Shown here one piece after another: positions 12,263 to 22,715 of a DNA stretch of 22,715 nt. Below the pieces are notes generated by a model. The model was not told where the DNA came from. It did no database searches and saw nothing but the letters and a program-made list of their open reading frames with translations. The stretch's first letter is position 1. Every line of letters begins with the position of its first letter. Made by a program: the position numbers and the translations under genes. Origin of the DNA: Chiloscyllium plagiosum (lineage: Eukaryota); the NCBI RefSeq assembly GCF_004010195.1, contig NC_057718.1, positions 80,789,187 to 80,811,901 on the forward strand. Direction: 5' to 3'.

Positions 12263-12879
12263 CCACCTTCTGCCTGAATCGCCCTTGAGGACTTGTTTTG
12301 GATTGCATTTTGTCGTTTCACTCCTCAGACTTTACCATCATGGTGACCTTGACCAGAGTTGAGAACTCCAAACAGTATCATTCTTGAGATCACCTGAACA
12401 TTCAACCACAGCAAGGTAGCAATCCATTGAAAGGAAAATAAATGTGACTGGATTTTGTTGCATCTTAAATAATACAGAAAAGAGCAATTTAGTGTCCACT
12501 AACGTTAGCAGATTGGAATAATTTTATTGAAATGAGAGAGTCTGACTGAGCTCCATTTCTCACAACTTAGACCAATCCAAGACCATGTAGAAGCCACTCT
12601 AAGACAGCCAATGTAGGAAAGCAAGAGAAGAAACTGAGAGAGACCACAAAATGATATTACTTAAGTGAGATAGAACTTATTACAGGGATATATTTCATTA
12701 CAGACAATCAATGATGAAGAAAAAAAGACAAATGCAAATAAAAACTGGGATGAACAATAAAGAGATGAAACAATCGGAAAAGTGGTGCATGTAGAGGCAG
12801 AGGCAGAGGACAGCTGAGAAGTACCAAAAGACAGCAAGAACATTTTTTGTTCATTTTCATGTATTTTGCGAACAACATA

Positions 12880-13830
12880 AGAGACAGAATTTTATAGGCA
12901 TCTGAATGACGTGGGCTATGGAGAAATGTGTGGCAGAATCAGATGAGAAGTGAGGTAAGGCCCGCCTCGATACTGAGAAGCATCTTCTCTGATTTTCACA
13001 TATGACATGGTGGGATTCTCACGAGGCAGTGATAAGTTGCCATTTAATGGAGATTAATGCCTTGTAACTAGCACAACTCACCTCATTAATCTTTTGTCTC
13101 CCATCTTATCAAACTCACCAAACAGGTTAGACATTGAGAAAACTCAACGAGGAAACTAGAGCAAGCACCCAGTGCCCCAAATGACCTCCATGTCAGACAC
13201 TGAGTATCAATATCTGAGGGAATATTCCATGGGCATTAGTCACATGCACTCCACAACCACAGACATAGAAACTGACACATGTAGGGTGCCTAAGAATCCT
13301 CAAGGAACATCTCTGATCCATTTACAGGATTATTCTGCACTTCATTGTTGCACCTCGGCTGCATTGGAACTATCATTGCAATGCTGCAGCAAGGACATTG
13401 TGCAGTCAGGAACATGTACCCATCTGATGGACTGGAACAGACTGTATCTCCAGACTCTTTACTTGCTTTATTAGCACTCACTCACTCTGATCTACCTGGA
13501 TGCTTACAACAACCCCCCTGTATTGCTTGACTTGCTTTTTCGCTCTTTGTCCCCTCAGCCAGAGATGTGCCAATTAGAGCAGACACAAAACTAGGAAGCT
13601 TGACAGAGTTGTCAATAAGCCTCAGTCAAGTCAAGCAGGCGAGCCATTGCTCAGAAGTTCCCAGCACAGTAGGTCAAGGGCAGCCTCAGATACCAGTCCT
13701 GCCCTGCTTGGTTTGTCTGAGTCAAGATCCTCCACTCATAAGAGAAAAGAAGTCAAATGATAGACAGCACACTACCCGTCTTGACTCTTTCTGCCCTGTT
13801 GTGGGCTGTTTCCTCATGAAATGAGAGGGA
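12880..13830 (+). mobile_element. Possible highly decayed DNA transposon (Harbinger-like) remnant
   Basis: Only general resemblance: cagaattttatag-type end, a low-complexity S/T-rich decayed frame, and a splice-acceptor-like site at about 13535-13558. No diagnostic protein motif could be read. Confidence 0.3.
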
Positions 13831-14774
13831 GAAAGACAGGTACTGTAGGAGGCTAAAGAGAAAAATGAAAGATAAAATGGAAGTGAGTGGCACAGCTCGG
13901 TGATATAGATAGAAAGTACGGGAAAGACATCAAGGTGAAAAGTTTTGATGAAGTAAAACTTTTTTCAGCAATACAATCCCATGACTTTTATATGTAAAAG
14001 GTTAAAAAATAAGTAATAGACTCCTCATAAATATTCAAGTTATGCAAAACATTTTAACCTCATTATATTGGTGGCTGTCTTGACCATTGCAGAATAATTG
14101 ATGCTCTAAATGTTGTTATTTCTTGTATTTAGCTTTCCCACAGCATTAAATCATCCAAAACAGTCAAATCTGTATAATTTAATTGCATAATATTTTGAAT
14201 GCTGTGAATGCTGTTTGGGCATTGATTTCAAATTGATATTAATGGTCATGTACACATATTATGGATACAAGCTACATTAGTTGTGGATGAAAGGAATGTA
14301 CAACATGAGTAAATATGCATTGTGGGGAGATTGGGACATCAGTCAGAACATAACGCTGATTTGATTCTAATGATGCCATTTTTGACTTCAATGCTCCAAC
14401 TAATACCCTTTCTTAATTTAGCCCAACTGAACATGCATTCAGTGGAAGAATAGATCCCTTCTTCAGCACTATTTAAATGGATTAGCGGAAACTTTTAGCC
14501 TAGCTGCGTGTTGATTTCTGTTGGCACTTGTTGAATTAATAGAAATATCTATTCATTTGTTTGTACTACTACTTAGAGTTGGTGAATTCTACAGCAAGTG
14601 ATATGGCATATTGTGAAGCTTGGTTATTACTTCTTGTATTCTGGTCATAATGTCTCCACAGGTACAATAGTTTCTATCCTTTTTAGCCCACAAAAGTCTG
14701 GAAAAATTAGAAGAGGTACCACAGAAGAGGACAAACTCATCATGGAGGAGACCATATCAACCTATGGTTCCCAG

Positions 14775-15002
14775 GGAGTATTTCTCCTCTCATGATGAAT
14801 CTGTGGGATTCTCTACTACAGAAGGTTGCAGAGGTAAAATCAATGAACATATTTAAGAAAGAAATAGATATCTTTCTAGAGACTAGAGGTGTCAGGAGAG
14901 TTTGATGTAAAGATGGAGCACCAGCCATGATCAGATTAAATGATGGAGTGGACTCGATGGATCAAATAACCTGTATTTGCACCTATGTTCTATGTTCCTA
15001 TT
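14775..15002 (+). mobile_element. Old CR1-clade LINE 3' end
   Basis: MNLWDSLLQKVAEVKSMNIFKKEIDIFL (end of CR1 ORF2), followed by cagccatgatc...ggactcgatggatcaaat and a ctatgttctatgttcctat tail. Confidence 0.8.
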
Positions 15003-15215
15003 TATATAGAATGTATAAGTTAAGACCCATCAGTGATCCCTGTGGCACTCCACTATTTGCAGTTAATCATTTCAAGCAAAGAGTGCATCCACAACAAGTG
15101 TGTGGTACTATGCTTGGCTCAGCTATACAGGAGGAGAGGGAAAAGATTGGAAAACAAATGATAGTGGATTAGACAGGGGAAGTACAGGTGTTTCTGTGAC
15201 CACAGATGAGAATCC
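15003..15215. mobile_element. Small rearranged CR1 fragments (RT piece on minus; probable ORF1 piece on plus)
   Basis: 15030-15055 reads SGVPQGSLMG on the minus strand. 15100-15215 reads GTMLGSAIQEEREKIGKQMIV...RCFCDHR on the plus strand, resembling the CR1 ORF1 esterase region. Confidence 0.5.
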
Positions 15216-15490
15216 AATAAAAATCCAATACTTTATTAAATGATTCCTGGCTGTCAGTCAAACAACCATCCTTAATGTTTTTACATTTAATATGTGAATG
15301 TGGTCAAAGAAAATGAAAATAAAGCTTAATTCTTAATACCACAGTGGCTTTTCACCTGGGTTCTTTGAAGATGAGTCATGGATATTGATCCTTAATTGTT
15401 GAAGTACCCAAACCAATCTGGAGATTTTAGGCACTCTACATTAAATAGCCAAGACAACTCAAACCCCAAGACAGATTTCATCTCTGTTTG

Positions 15491-16600
15491 GTCATAGAGT
15501 CATAGAGTTGTACAGCATGGAAACAGACCCTTTGGTCCAACCTGTCCATACCGACCAGATATTCCAACCCAATCTAGTCCCACCTGCCAGCACCCAGCCC
15601 ATATCCCTCCAAACTCTTCCTATTCATCTACCCATCCAAATGCCTCTTAAATGTTGCAATTATACCAGTCTCCACCACATCCTCTGGCAGCTCATTCCAC
15701 ACACGTATCACCCTCTGCGTAAAAATGTTGTCCCATAGGTCTCTTTATATCTTTCCCCTCTCACGCTAAACCTATGCCCTCTAGTTCTGGACTCCCCGAC
15801 CCCAGGGAAAATACTTTGTCTATTTATCCTATCCATGCCCCTCATAATTTTGTAAACCTCTACAAGGTCACCCTCAGCCTCTGATGCTCCAGGGAAAAAA
15901 GCCCCAGCCTGTTCAGCCTCTCCCTGTAGCTGAAATCCTCCAACCCTGGCAACATCCTTGTAAATCTTTTCTGAACCCTTTCAAGTTTCACAACATTTTT
16001 CTGATAGGAAGGAGACCAGAATTGCACGCAATATTCCAACAGTGGCCTAACCAATGTCCTGTACAGCCTCAACATGACCTCCCAAGTCCTGTACTCAGTA
16101 CTCTGACCAATAAAGGAAAGCATACCAAACGCCTTCTTCACTATCCTATCTACCTGCAACTCCACTTTCAAGGAGCTATGAACCTGCACTCCAAGGTCTC
16201 TTTGTTCAGCAACACTCCCTAGGACCTTACCATTCTGTGTATAAGTCCTGCTAAGATTTGCTTTCCCAAAATACAGAACCTCGCATTTATCTGAATTACA
16301 CTCCATCTGCCACTTCTCAGCCCATTGGCCTATCTGGTTCAGATCCTGTTGTGATCTGAGGTAACCCTCTTTGTTGTCCACTACACCTCCAATTTTGGTG
16401 TCATCTGCAAACTTACTAACTGTACCTCTTATGCTCACATCCAAATCATTTATGTAAATGACAAAAAGTAGAGGACCTAGCACTGATCCTTGTGGCACTC
16501 CACAGGTCACAGGCCTCCCGTCTGAAAAACAACCCTCCACCACCACCCTCTGTCTTCTACCTTTGAGCCAGTTCTGTATCCAAATGGCTAGTTCTCCCTC
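15491..16600 (-). mobile_element. Relatively young 5'-truncated CR1/HER1-type LINE (RT C-terminal half and 3' UTR)
   Basis: 247-aa open frame with GVPQGSVLGPLLF, KFADDTK, RDLGV, LVRPLLEYCVQFWSP and LERVQKRFTRM. 8-nt tail repeat (ctctatga)n at 15491-15507. Confidence 0.95.
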
Positions 16601-16825
16601 CATTTATTGTTGTTTTAAATCCATTACTAATTTTTGTTTACTACTTTTGTTTTGCTGAGCATAGTTAATAAATGACTGATGGAACAAGATGTTATATGAG
16701 GATTTGTGAATTTCCATGTGTTGAAACATTAAGTGTAAAGTACTTTTTGAGAATCTAATTGAGCTGCACCAAGGAAATGCAGTGCAAGGAAATAGACTTG
16801 GATTCATTGACTGAAGGGAGTTCTT

Positions 16826-17356
16826 ATTTTTTGTATTTTTTTTCTCTTTTTATTTTTTTTCCCCTTTTTTTTCTATTAACCCCAACACTACCGCCTAACT
16901 GCGGTAGTGCTTATTTTTTTCCCCAGCACCCATGTTGTGTGTGTGCAGGTGTGAGACACAGTGAGAGACACAAGATGTACGAATCTTTATTCAATTTCCA
17001 CCACCAGGAAGAAAGGAAACATCCGAGTGGCCACTTACAAGCAGTGCCCTTCACAAAAGGCAATGCTGTGTGATCAAACAGTGAAGGGGAAGGCAGGGAT
17101 TAAATCAAAATAGAGTTGGAGGGGGAAATAATGCACTCCACTCCCTGCGGCACCCCCCTCTCCCTGAACAACTCCAGGGTGTTGGTGGAGACCGCGTGCT
17201 CCTTCTCCAAGGACACCTGGGCTCTACGTAACCGTGGAAGAGGGGCAGGCAGTCGGCCCTAAAGACCCCCTCCACAGCCCGCTGCCTGGACCTGTTTATG
17301 ACCAGTTCGGCCAGGCCCAGGAGCAGACCCACGAGGAGGTCTTCAGACCTGCCCTC
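16826..17356 (-). mobile_element. 5'-truncated Tx1/L1-clade LINE 3' end with poly(A) tail and 15-bp TSD
   Basis: Minus translation GRSEDLLVGLLLGLAELVINRSRQRAVEG...CLPLFHGYV, frameshift, RAQVSLEKEHAVSTNTLELFRER...ILI*. A-rich tail at 16826-16872. TSD CTGAAGGGAGTTCTT at 16811-16825 and 17357-17371. Clade assigned from the recalled C-terminal motif. Confidence 0.8.
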
Positions 17357-18449
17357 CTGAAGGGAGTTCTTTTCCTTCATTTCAATTGGCTACAGGTCAA
17401 GCTTGTTGAAAGAGCTTCGCCTGCAGATGACTTGATAGGAATTTGAAACTCTGGCATAATTTCTACTTATATAGGTGACATCGCTACCTCTAAATTGGGG
17501 GTTGTGGGAGACAGACAAATAGTACATGTGGGCAATATCAGTTTGATGATGGGAGTTGGAGGTAGGAAATACATCAAAGAAAAATGGTTGTATTTGGTGA
17601 TGTAAACTATTATCATTAAAAACAGATGAAAAGTGCCTAGCTCGAGGATTATTGTCTCAGTCCATATGGACATCAAGCTTTCTCATTCCGAGCTACACAG
17701 GCTGAGGTTTACCATTGGAAGGAATTTAAAGCCAACTGTGTCCCTGAATTTGCGCAAGTTTCTTCTGGGCCTTTCAAGCTTGACATAAACCTGAGACGGT
17801 AGGTGACTCATCACTATCCCAGGAATTACCTTGCAGACTTGACTAATTCATGCACACTTTTACCGTGCTAGATAATGCTCATTCCTTGCAGGTGAAGGAG
17901 GCTGAGGTGAAACCGTTAAAGACACTCATAATCCCAGTCCGTAGTCCATGCTAATTTGTTAATTTGTGTAGTTGTTTGATCCATGAATCCAAGAGTCACC
18001 ATTCATCAGTGTTCTTCTTCTTTGAGGTGAAGATGCTGTGAAGTATAATTTATTTCATAATGGCTGTTTTCTGGAAAGTTTTCGTTGCTATTATAATTTT
18101 GGGCCAAACATTGTCTGAGTAGAATTAGAATAAAAATACTTGATGTGCAGATAGACCATAGGTTTAACAGGAGAAAACTTGATTACTAAAGAGAAGATTA
18201 CAATCGGTTGAAAATGTATCCACTTCCTTTAAACTCATATATTCATTTCATCGGAATGCAATAAACAGAATTTTATATTTTTTCAGCTAAGCCCAAGTTG
18301 TAACCAATGTTTGAGGGGTTTTTGCCACAAGGCTGAGCAAGATTTCTCATCCTATCTTTCCAAATATGCCATTTGGTCTCACACTGACATTGAAGGAGGA
18401 CATGATGCTAGGGAAGTGAGAGGGGAAATTAAAATGGATGGCAAGTGAG

Positions 18450-18890
18450 ACCGAATGGAAACTGGAACAACAACATCTTGTATTTCACTTGGGAAGCTTA
18501 CAGCCCTATGCCCTCAACATGGGCTTCTCTGGCTTTAAAATCCCTCCTCCCCCAGCCTTACCCCATGTCTACCCCACCCCTCCTCCTCGCCTCCCTGACC
18601 TATCCTAAACAGTCCATATCCCTATTCACTTATCTGCTCCACCCTTCCTACTGACCAATAACAATAATCCCATACCTGCATCCACCTATCGCCATTCCAC
18701 CTACCCTTCTCCCAGCCCCACACCCCTCTCTTTTTATACCTGTGGGCTGCCTCCCCTCCCCAGTCCTGATAAAGGGTTTCGGTCCAAAACGTTGACTTTC
18801 CGGCCCCTCGGATGCAATCTGACCTGCTCTGCTTTTCCAGCTTCACATCTATTGACTCTGGCATCCAGCATCTGCAGTCCCTGCTGTCTT
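18450..18890 (+). mobile_element. Penelope-like element 3' fragment (GIY-YIG C-terminus and pLTR)
   Basis: TEWKLEQQHLVFHLGSLQPYALNMGFSGFK, a C-rich 3' region, a decayed hammerhead ctgataaagggtttcggtccaaaacgttg at 18766-18794, and the end ccagcatctgcagtcc shared with the other pLTRs in the window. Confidence 0.85.
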
Positions 18891-19051
18891 CTATATCTTG
18901 CCATGTGCCCTTCCCAGAAATATTCACCTTCAGTAGATATCTGGCCAAAGATCGGAATCCTTTGTGATCTACCAATTTTAAACATCTGCAGTGCATCCAG
19001 ATGAGTACTGGCATTCTGAAGCTGCCTGTTGATGGATTGAATTGAAACATT

Positions 19052-20678
19052 GTGGAGAAGGAAAAGGTGTCACAGTCTTTCTCCAACAGAGATTCAGAAG
19101 TGCTGATAGACAGGGTGGTTTAAAGAGGAGTTCTCTTTCTGGAGGAACAACAGAAGACACTGTGCCACTAGACTCTGCCACCCTGGTCAGATGTTGCCAC
19201 CCTGGTCTGATGTTGCCACACAAGTCAGTGAGATCTCCAAAATGTGGAGGAATGACGAGTAATGTATCAAGAAGACCATTGATATGGTAAGTACCTCACT
19301 TTTTTCTCTGCCACCTCACACTGCACACACCTCACACTGCACACACCTCCCAACAAGGGTCATGGTCCACCACCCACACTGTTGTCTGCAATATGATTTC
19401 TCACTCGCTCTTCCCCTCACCCTTCCACAGCACTATCCCTGCATGCCCTTGACTCTGCCTCCTCAATATTTCTGAACACCTCACCACCATTACCCCACAT
19501 GCATGAGAACTAACAACCATGCTACACATTGTTATCTTACTTATTTCCCCCCTTTTCCTCATTGTAGGAGAAGACACAGCACAACAAGAGCAAATAGAGC
19601 CTATATAGGTTAGGATGCCTGACATCCATGTCCTTACTCCCAACAATGAGTGAATCCTGGTCCTTGCAGGAAAAACTGATACTACTCCACAGGGATACTA
19701 AAACACACCCCACCAAATGAGTAAGTACCACTCTGCTCAGTACTGCCCTCTCCAATTAATCTTACTATCATTCTCAATCTTTACATACCACTTGCAACCA
19801 TTGGTCATGATGTCTTCTCTCTAATTGCAGGTTCTGTCAGCCTCCTGATGATGACTACACAGAAAAGGCCATCTTTTGAAGAACTGCCATCCTGGTCATC
19901 TGAGGATGGAAGTATCAGTGTGTCAGAGGAGTTATCCACAAAGCTATCTCCTGCACTCAACCATCAGCCCAGATTCAGTCACATCAGTTCTGAACAATAG
20001 GCATGCTGTGAGGTTCACAATCTGGTGAGCACCTCACCATCACAGCTCCACAGTTGGTCGAGGAACGCATAGTTCAAGCAAGTGGCACTCAGATGACTGA
20101 CAAAGACTAACCACCTGCACAGCGCCAGGCAAGAGATGGTTGGGTTCTGTCGGCAATCAGGAACTTCATCCAAATGCACAGGGCAGAACAGCAGTGGCAA
20201 ACAAACATTTGGGCACAATGGCTCTCACTGGCCAGAAGCTGCATCAGTGCAACAAATCATGCAACCATCTTGTCTGTTTCCAGCCTGGCAGCTGCCGTTG
20301 AGTCAGGTTCAGCACCCTCGGGAATTCTGGAGACACACATGCACTTGTGACATCATTGTCCAACCGTTGGCCCTCAGGACATGAAAACATGGTGACAGGA
20401 GGACAGGGAAACTTAATCCCAGTCCAGTTGGCCCTTTCTTACATGGAAATGGGATGATGCTAGAAGGCACCCAGGAGGGTTGGAACCACACACAGGCTCC
20501 TCAGAGGTTTCCACTCAGGATGGCCCCTCTGATCCTTGGAAGTCCAAGCCAGAGAGGCTCAACTTGCATCTGGCACCACCATGACTGGCCCATCTATCCC
20601 GTCAAACCTCAAGGGCCACTGGCTCCACAGCCAAACAGGCTCACTCCACCCCAACTGCAGAACCAGATAGTATATTGA
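19052..20678 (+). pseudogene. Decayed spliced Myb/SANT-like (trihelix) gene of a PIF/Harbinger DNA transposon
   Basis: Exon 1 (19052-19286): SFSNRDSEVLIDRV...VLF...TLPPWSDVAT.VSEISKMWRNDE*CIKKTIDM, then gtaagt. Exon 2 (19568-19720): EKTQHNKSK...MPDIHVLTPNNE*ILVLAG, then gtaagt. Exon 3 starts at 19831 after tcttctctctaattgcag. Contains stops, frameshifts and a 19-bp tandem duplication at 19176-19213. The 3' end is approximate. Confidence 0.7.
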
Positions 20679-22311
20679 GACGTAGTGGGAGGGTAGAAGA
20701 AAACCTATTGAGGTCATGTTGATGACACAGATGAAGAAGGCTTTTTTTTATAAAGAGTAGTTTGTCCACTCATGACATTAATTTTGTTTCATGTGTTTGT
20801 GAAACTCAGAATAGACAGTAAACACATTTTCATACCATCCAGCAACAGTTCATGGCGACACAGGGCACATTATCAATTGAAGTCTGTGCTGAATGCCTAT
20901 TGCAGCGTCAGCAGCATGGGTATGGATAGAACATTTACATCTCCTCATTCAACATCCCTAAACATTTGGCTCCCTCTGTGCACAAAGGCATATATGTCAC
21001 AAGTTGTCCAGCAGAGTCTTTGCTAGGGATGTTCAATATTTGGAGAGGATTAATGTTGTAGAATGGCTAGACAGTAGGCCTGTGTGCTTTATCTTTCATG
21101 GACCTGTGATCAAGTTGTTCCCCTTTAAAAATCTTCTGAAAAGTATGTGCTGCTGCCCAGTCTCTCACAGTTTGATTGTTTACCCAGCCCACTTCAAGTG
21201 TGCTTGCATCTATTTTCTTCCCATCGCATATTTTAGAATTCCAGCACAATGGAAGGTAGCAGTGAACACTTCTCTTCCAGAGGTTTCCAGCCTTATCCTA
21301 AGAAGAACCCCTGGATATTGACATCCCCTTCTTAGTAGCCTATCCCATTAACCTGATCGGCTTCATACTTCTCTATACTCCCATCCAACATCTCTATATA
21401 CAACCACCTATCACCCTTCTCATGCAGACATAAGTGTATGAGGCTTGAAGCCAGGGTGAAACTGACTATGGAAACTGTCCACTCTCACATTACACCCTTC
21501 CCAGCCATGATTTATAGTATCACCCCCCCCCCTTGCAAATCCTTTGCGTCCCCGCCCTTCATTATTGGATAAAGCCCTTGGCCTGAACCTACAACCCCAA
21601 GTTCCAGTGAGTAAACTAAGCTTTATTGCCAAAGCTAGAGGCATACTTTCTCCCCACACTCCCTTCCTCCTTAATTAATCAGGAGAGACCTGATGGACTG
21701 ACCATAGACCACCCCCTCAAACAATATGCCCAGATATCCCTATGCTAGACGTGCACAGACCCCCTGACTGGTACCTACATATCTCCCAAAGCCCCAGGCC
21801 TGGAGCTATAGAGTGAACAGACTGACCTTGACCCACTCCGTGAACTGAGAGGCACAGACCTCCTGACCAAGACCACCCTGACCAGCCACCTAACCATGGT
21901 CAATTCCCTGGACTTGTTATTGAGGCTGCCCTTCACTTACTGGACTAAACCTCCGAGTGACAGGTACTTCCATGGACTTCAGTGAGGATTACTCCCACAA
22001 GAGTTCAATACATGTCGACCTTCTGAGCAGCACATCCGTTGAGTTGTCATGTAAGCGGCTGGGGCATGGAACAGGTGTGAGATTGATGTGGCACACTGCC
22101 ATGTTACAAGATGTGTATTCCCTAGAATGAGGACTGTTAAGCAGCAGTGCAAGTGTCGGTTAATGTGACTTTGCTAATTGTCATGGGAAAACAAGGCAAA
22201 GCAGGGCTGCTATGAGCATACATGGTATGCATTATGTGAGGAGGTGAGCTAGGAGAGCAATCGAGTAGCCTTAAGATAAAGCCTGGTCTAGTCTGTGACC
22301 TAGATGCCTGA

Positions 22312-22573
22312 GGAGCAAGTGAGGACTGCAGATGCTGGAGATCAGAGCTGAAAATGTGTTGCTGGAAAAGCACAGCAGGTCAGGCAGCATCCAAGGAACA
22401 GGAGAATCGACGTTTCGGGCATGAGCCCTTCTTCAGGAATGAGGAGAGTGTGCCAAGCAGGCTAAGATAAAAGGTAGGGAGGAGGGATTTGTGGGAGGGG
22501 CGTTGGAAATGTGATAGGTGGAAGGAGGTCAAGGTGAGGGTGAAAGGCCAGAGTGGGGGTGGGGGCAGAGAGG
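22312..22573 (-). mobile_element. PLE pLTR/3' end, same family as the 3283 and 9066 copies
   Basis: Near-identical to 3283-3403, extending into a purine-rich upstream region. Contains a hammerhead core. Confidence 0.88.
22405..22440 (-). ncRNA. Minimal type I hammerhead ribozyme motif, core intact
   Basis: AUUC-CUGAAGA-A-GGGC-UCAU-GCCC-GAAA-CGUC-GAUU. CUGANGA box, perfect 4-bp stem II, GAAA, palindromic loopless stem III (ACGU) and GUC cleavage triplet. Stem I is very short. Confidence 0.7.
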
Positions 22574-22715
22574 TAAAAACAATGACTGCAGATTCTGGAT
22601 CAGTGGTGCTGGAAGAGCACAGCAATTCAGGCAGCATCCAAGGACAGGCAAAATCGACGTTTCGGGCAAAAGCCCTTCATCAGGAATAAAGGCAGAGAGC
22701 CTGAAGCGTGGAGAG
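22574..22715 (-). mobile_element. Second PLE pLTR of a related but distinct subfamily, runs off the window
   Basis: Shares gactgcagat, gtgctggaa, caggcagcatccaagga and aatcgacgtttcgggc with the adjacent copy but differs elsewhere. Confidence 0.85.
22652..22687 (-). ncRNA. Minimal type I hammerhead ribozyme motif, core intact
   Basis: AUUC-CUGAUGA-A-GGGC-UUUU-GCCC-GAAA-CGUC-GAUU. Confidence 0.72.

Noticed and set aside
12263..12435. HDV-like ribozyme at the RTE 5' end
   Set aside because: Such ribozymes are known from some RTE elements, but I could not identify the nested double pseudoknot pairings in this decayed copy. A covariance-model search on the family consensus is needed.
15860..16603. 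247-aa ORF as a host gene or active element
   Set aside because: It is the C-terminal half of a CR1 RT, 5'-truncated. The ATG arises at the junction with flanking DNA and the frame ends prematurely.
17713..17790. Possible 78-nt minus-strand exon (VYVKLERPRRNLRKFRDTVGFKFLPM)
   Set aside because: Weak pyrimidine tract, mediocre GTAAAC donor, and no recognisable protein similarity.

Overview
Repeat-rich, non-coding eukaryotic DNA, inferred to be elasmobranch (shark) from HE1-type SINEs and HER1/CR1-type LINEs. No intact host protein-coding gene is visible. The window holds several Penelope-like element (PLE) fragments with minimal hammerhead ribozyme motifs, an old L2 LINE fragment, a Deu-domain SINE, two HE1-type SINEs, several CR1 LINE fragments, a Tx1/L1-type LINE 3' end with a 15-bp target-site duplication, a decayed near full-length RTE LINE carrying four nested insertions, and a decayed Harbinger-type Myb/SANT gene with its splice sites still visible. 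The most unusual structure is a 395-bp patchwork insertion (10927-11321) inside the RTE ORF. It joins a perfect 103-bp inverted copy of sequence about 1 kb downstream, a CpG-rich two-finger C2H2 zinc-finger gene fragment with a minisatellite, and a perfect 30-bp direct copy of a neighbouring SINE, with short microhomologies at the joints. Other leads are two co-oriented hammerhead cores 247 nt apart, a fold-back PLE with a target-site duplication, and a candidate 9-nt microexon. Family names come from recalled motifs and hand translation, not database searches, and the boundaries of old repeats are approximate.
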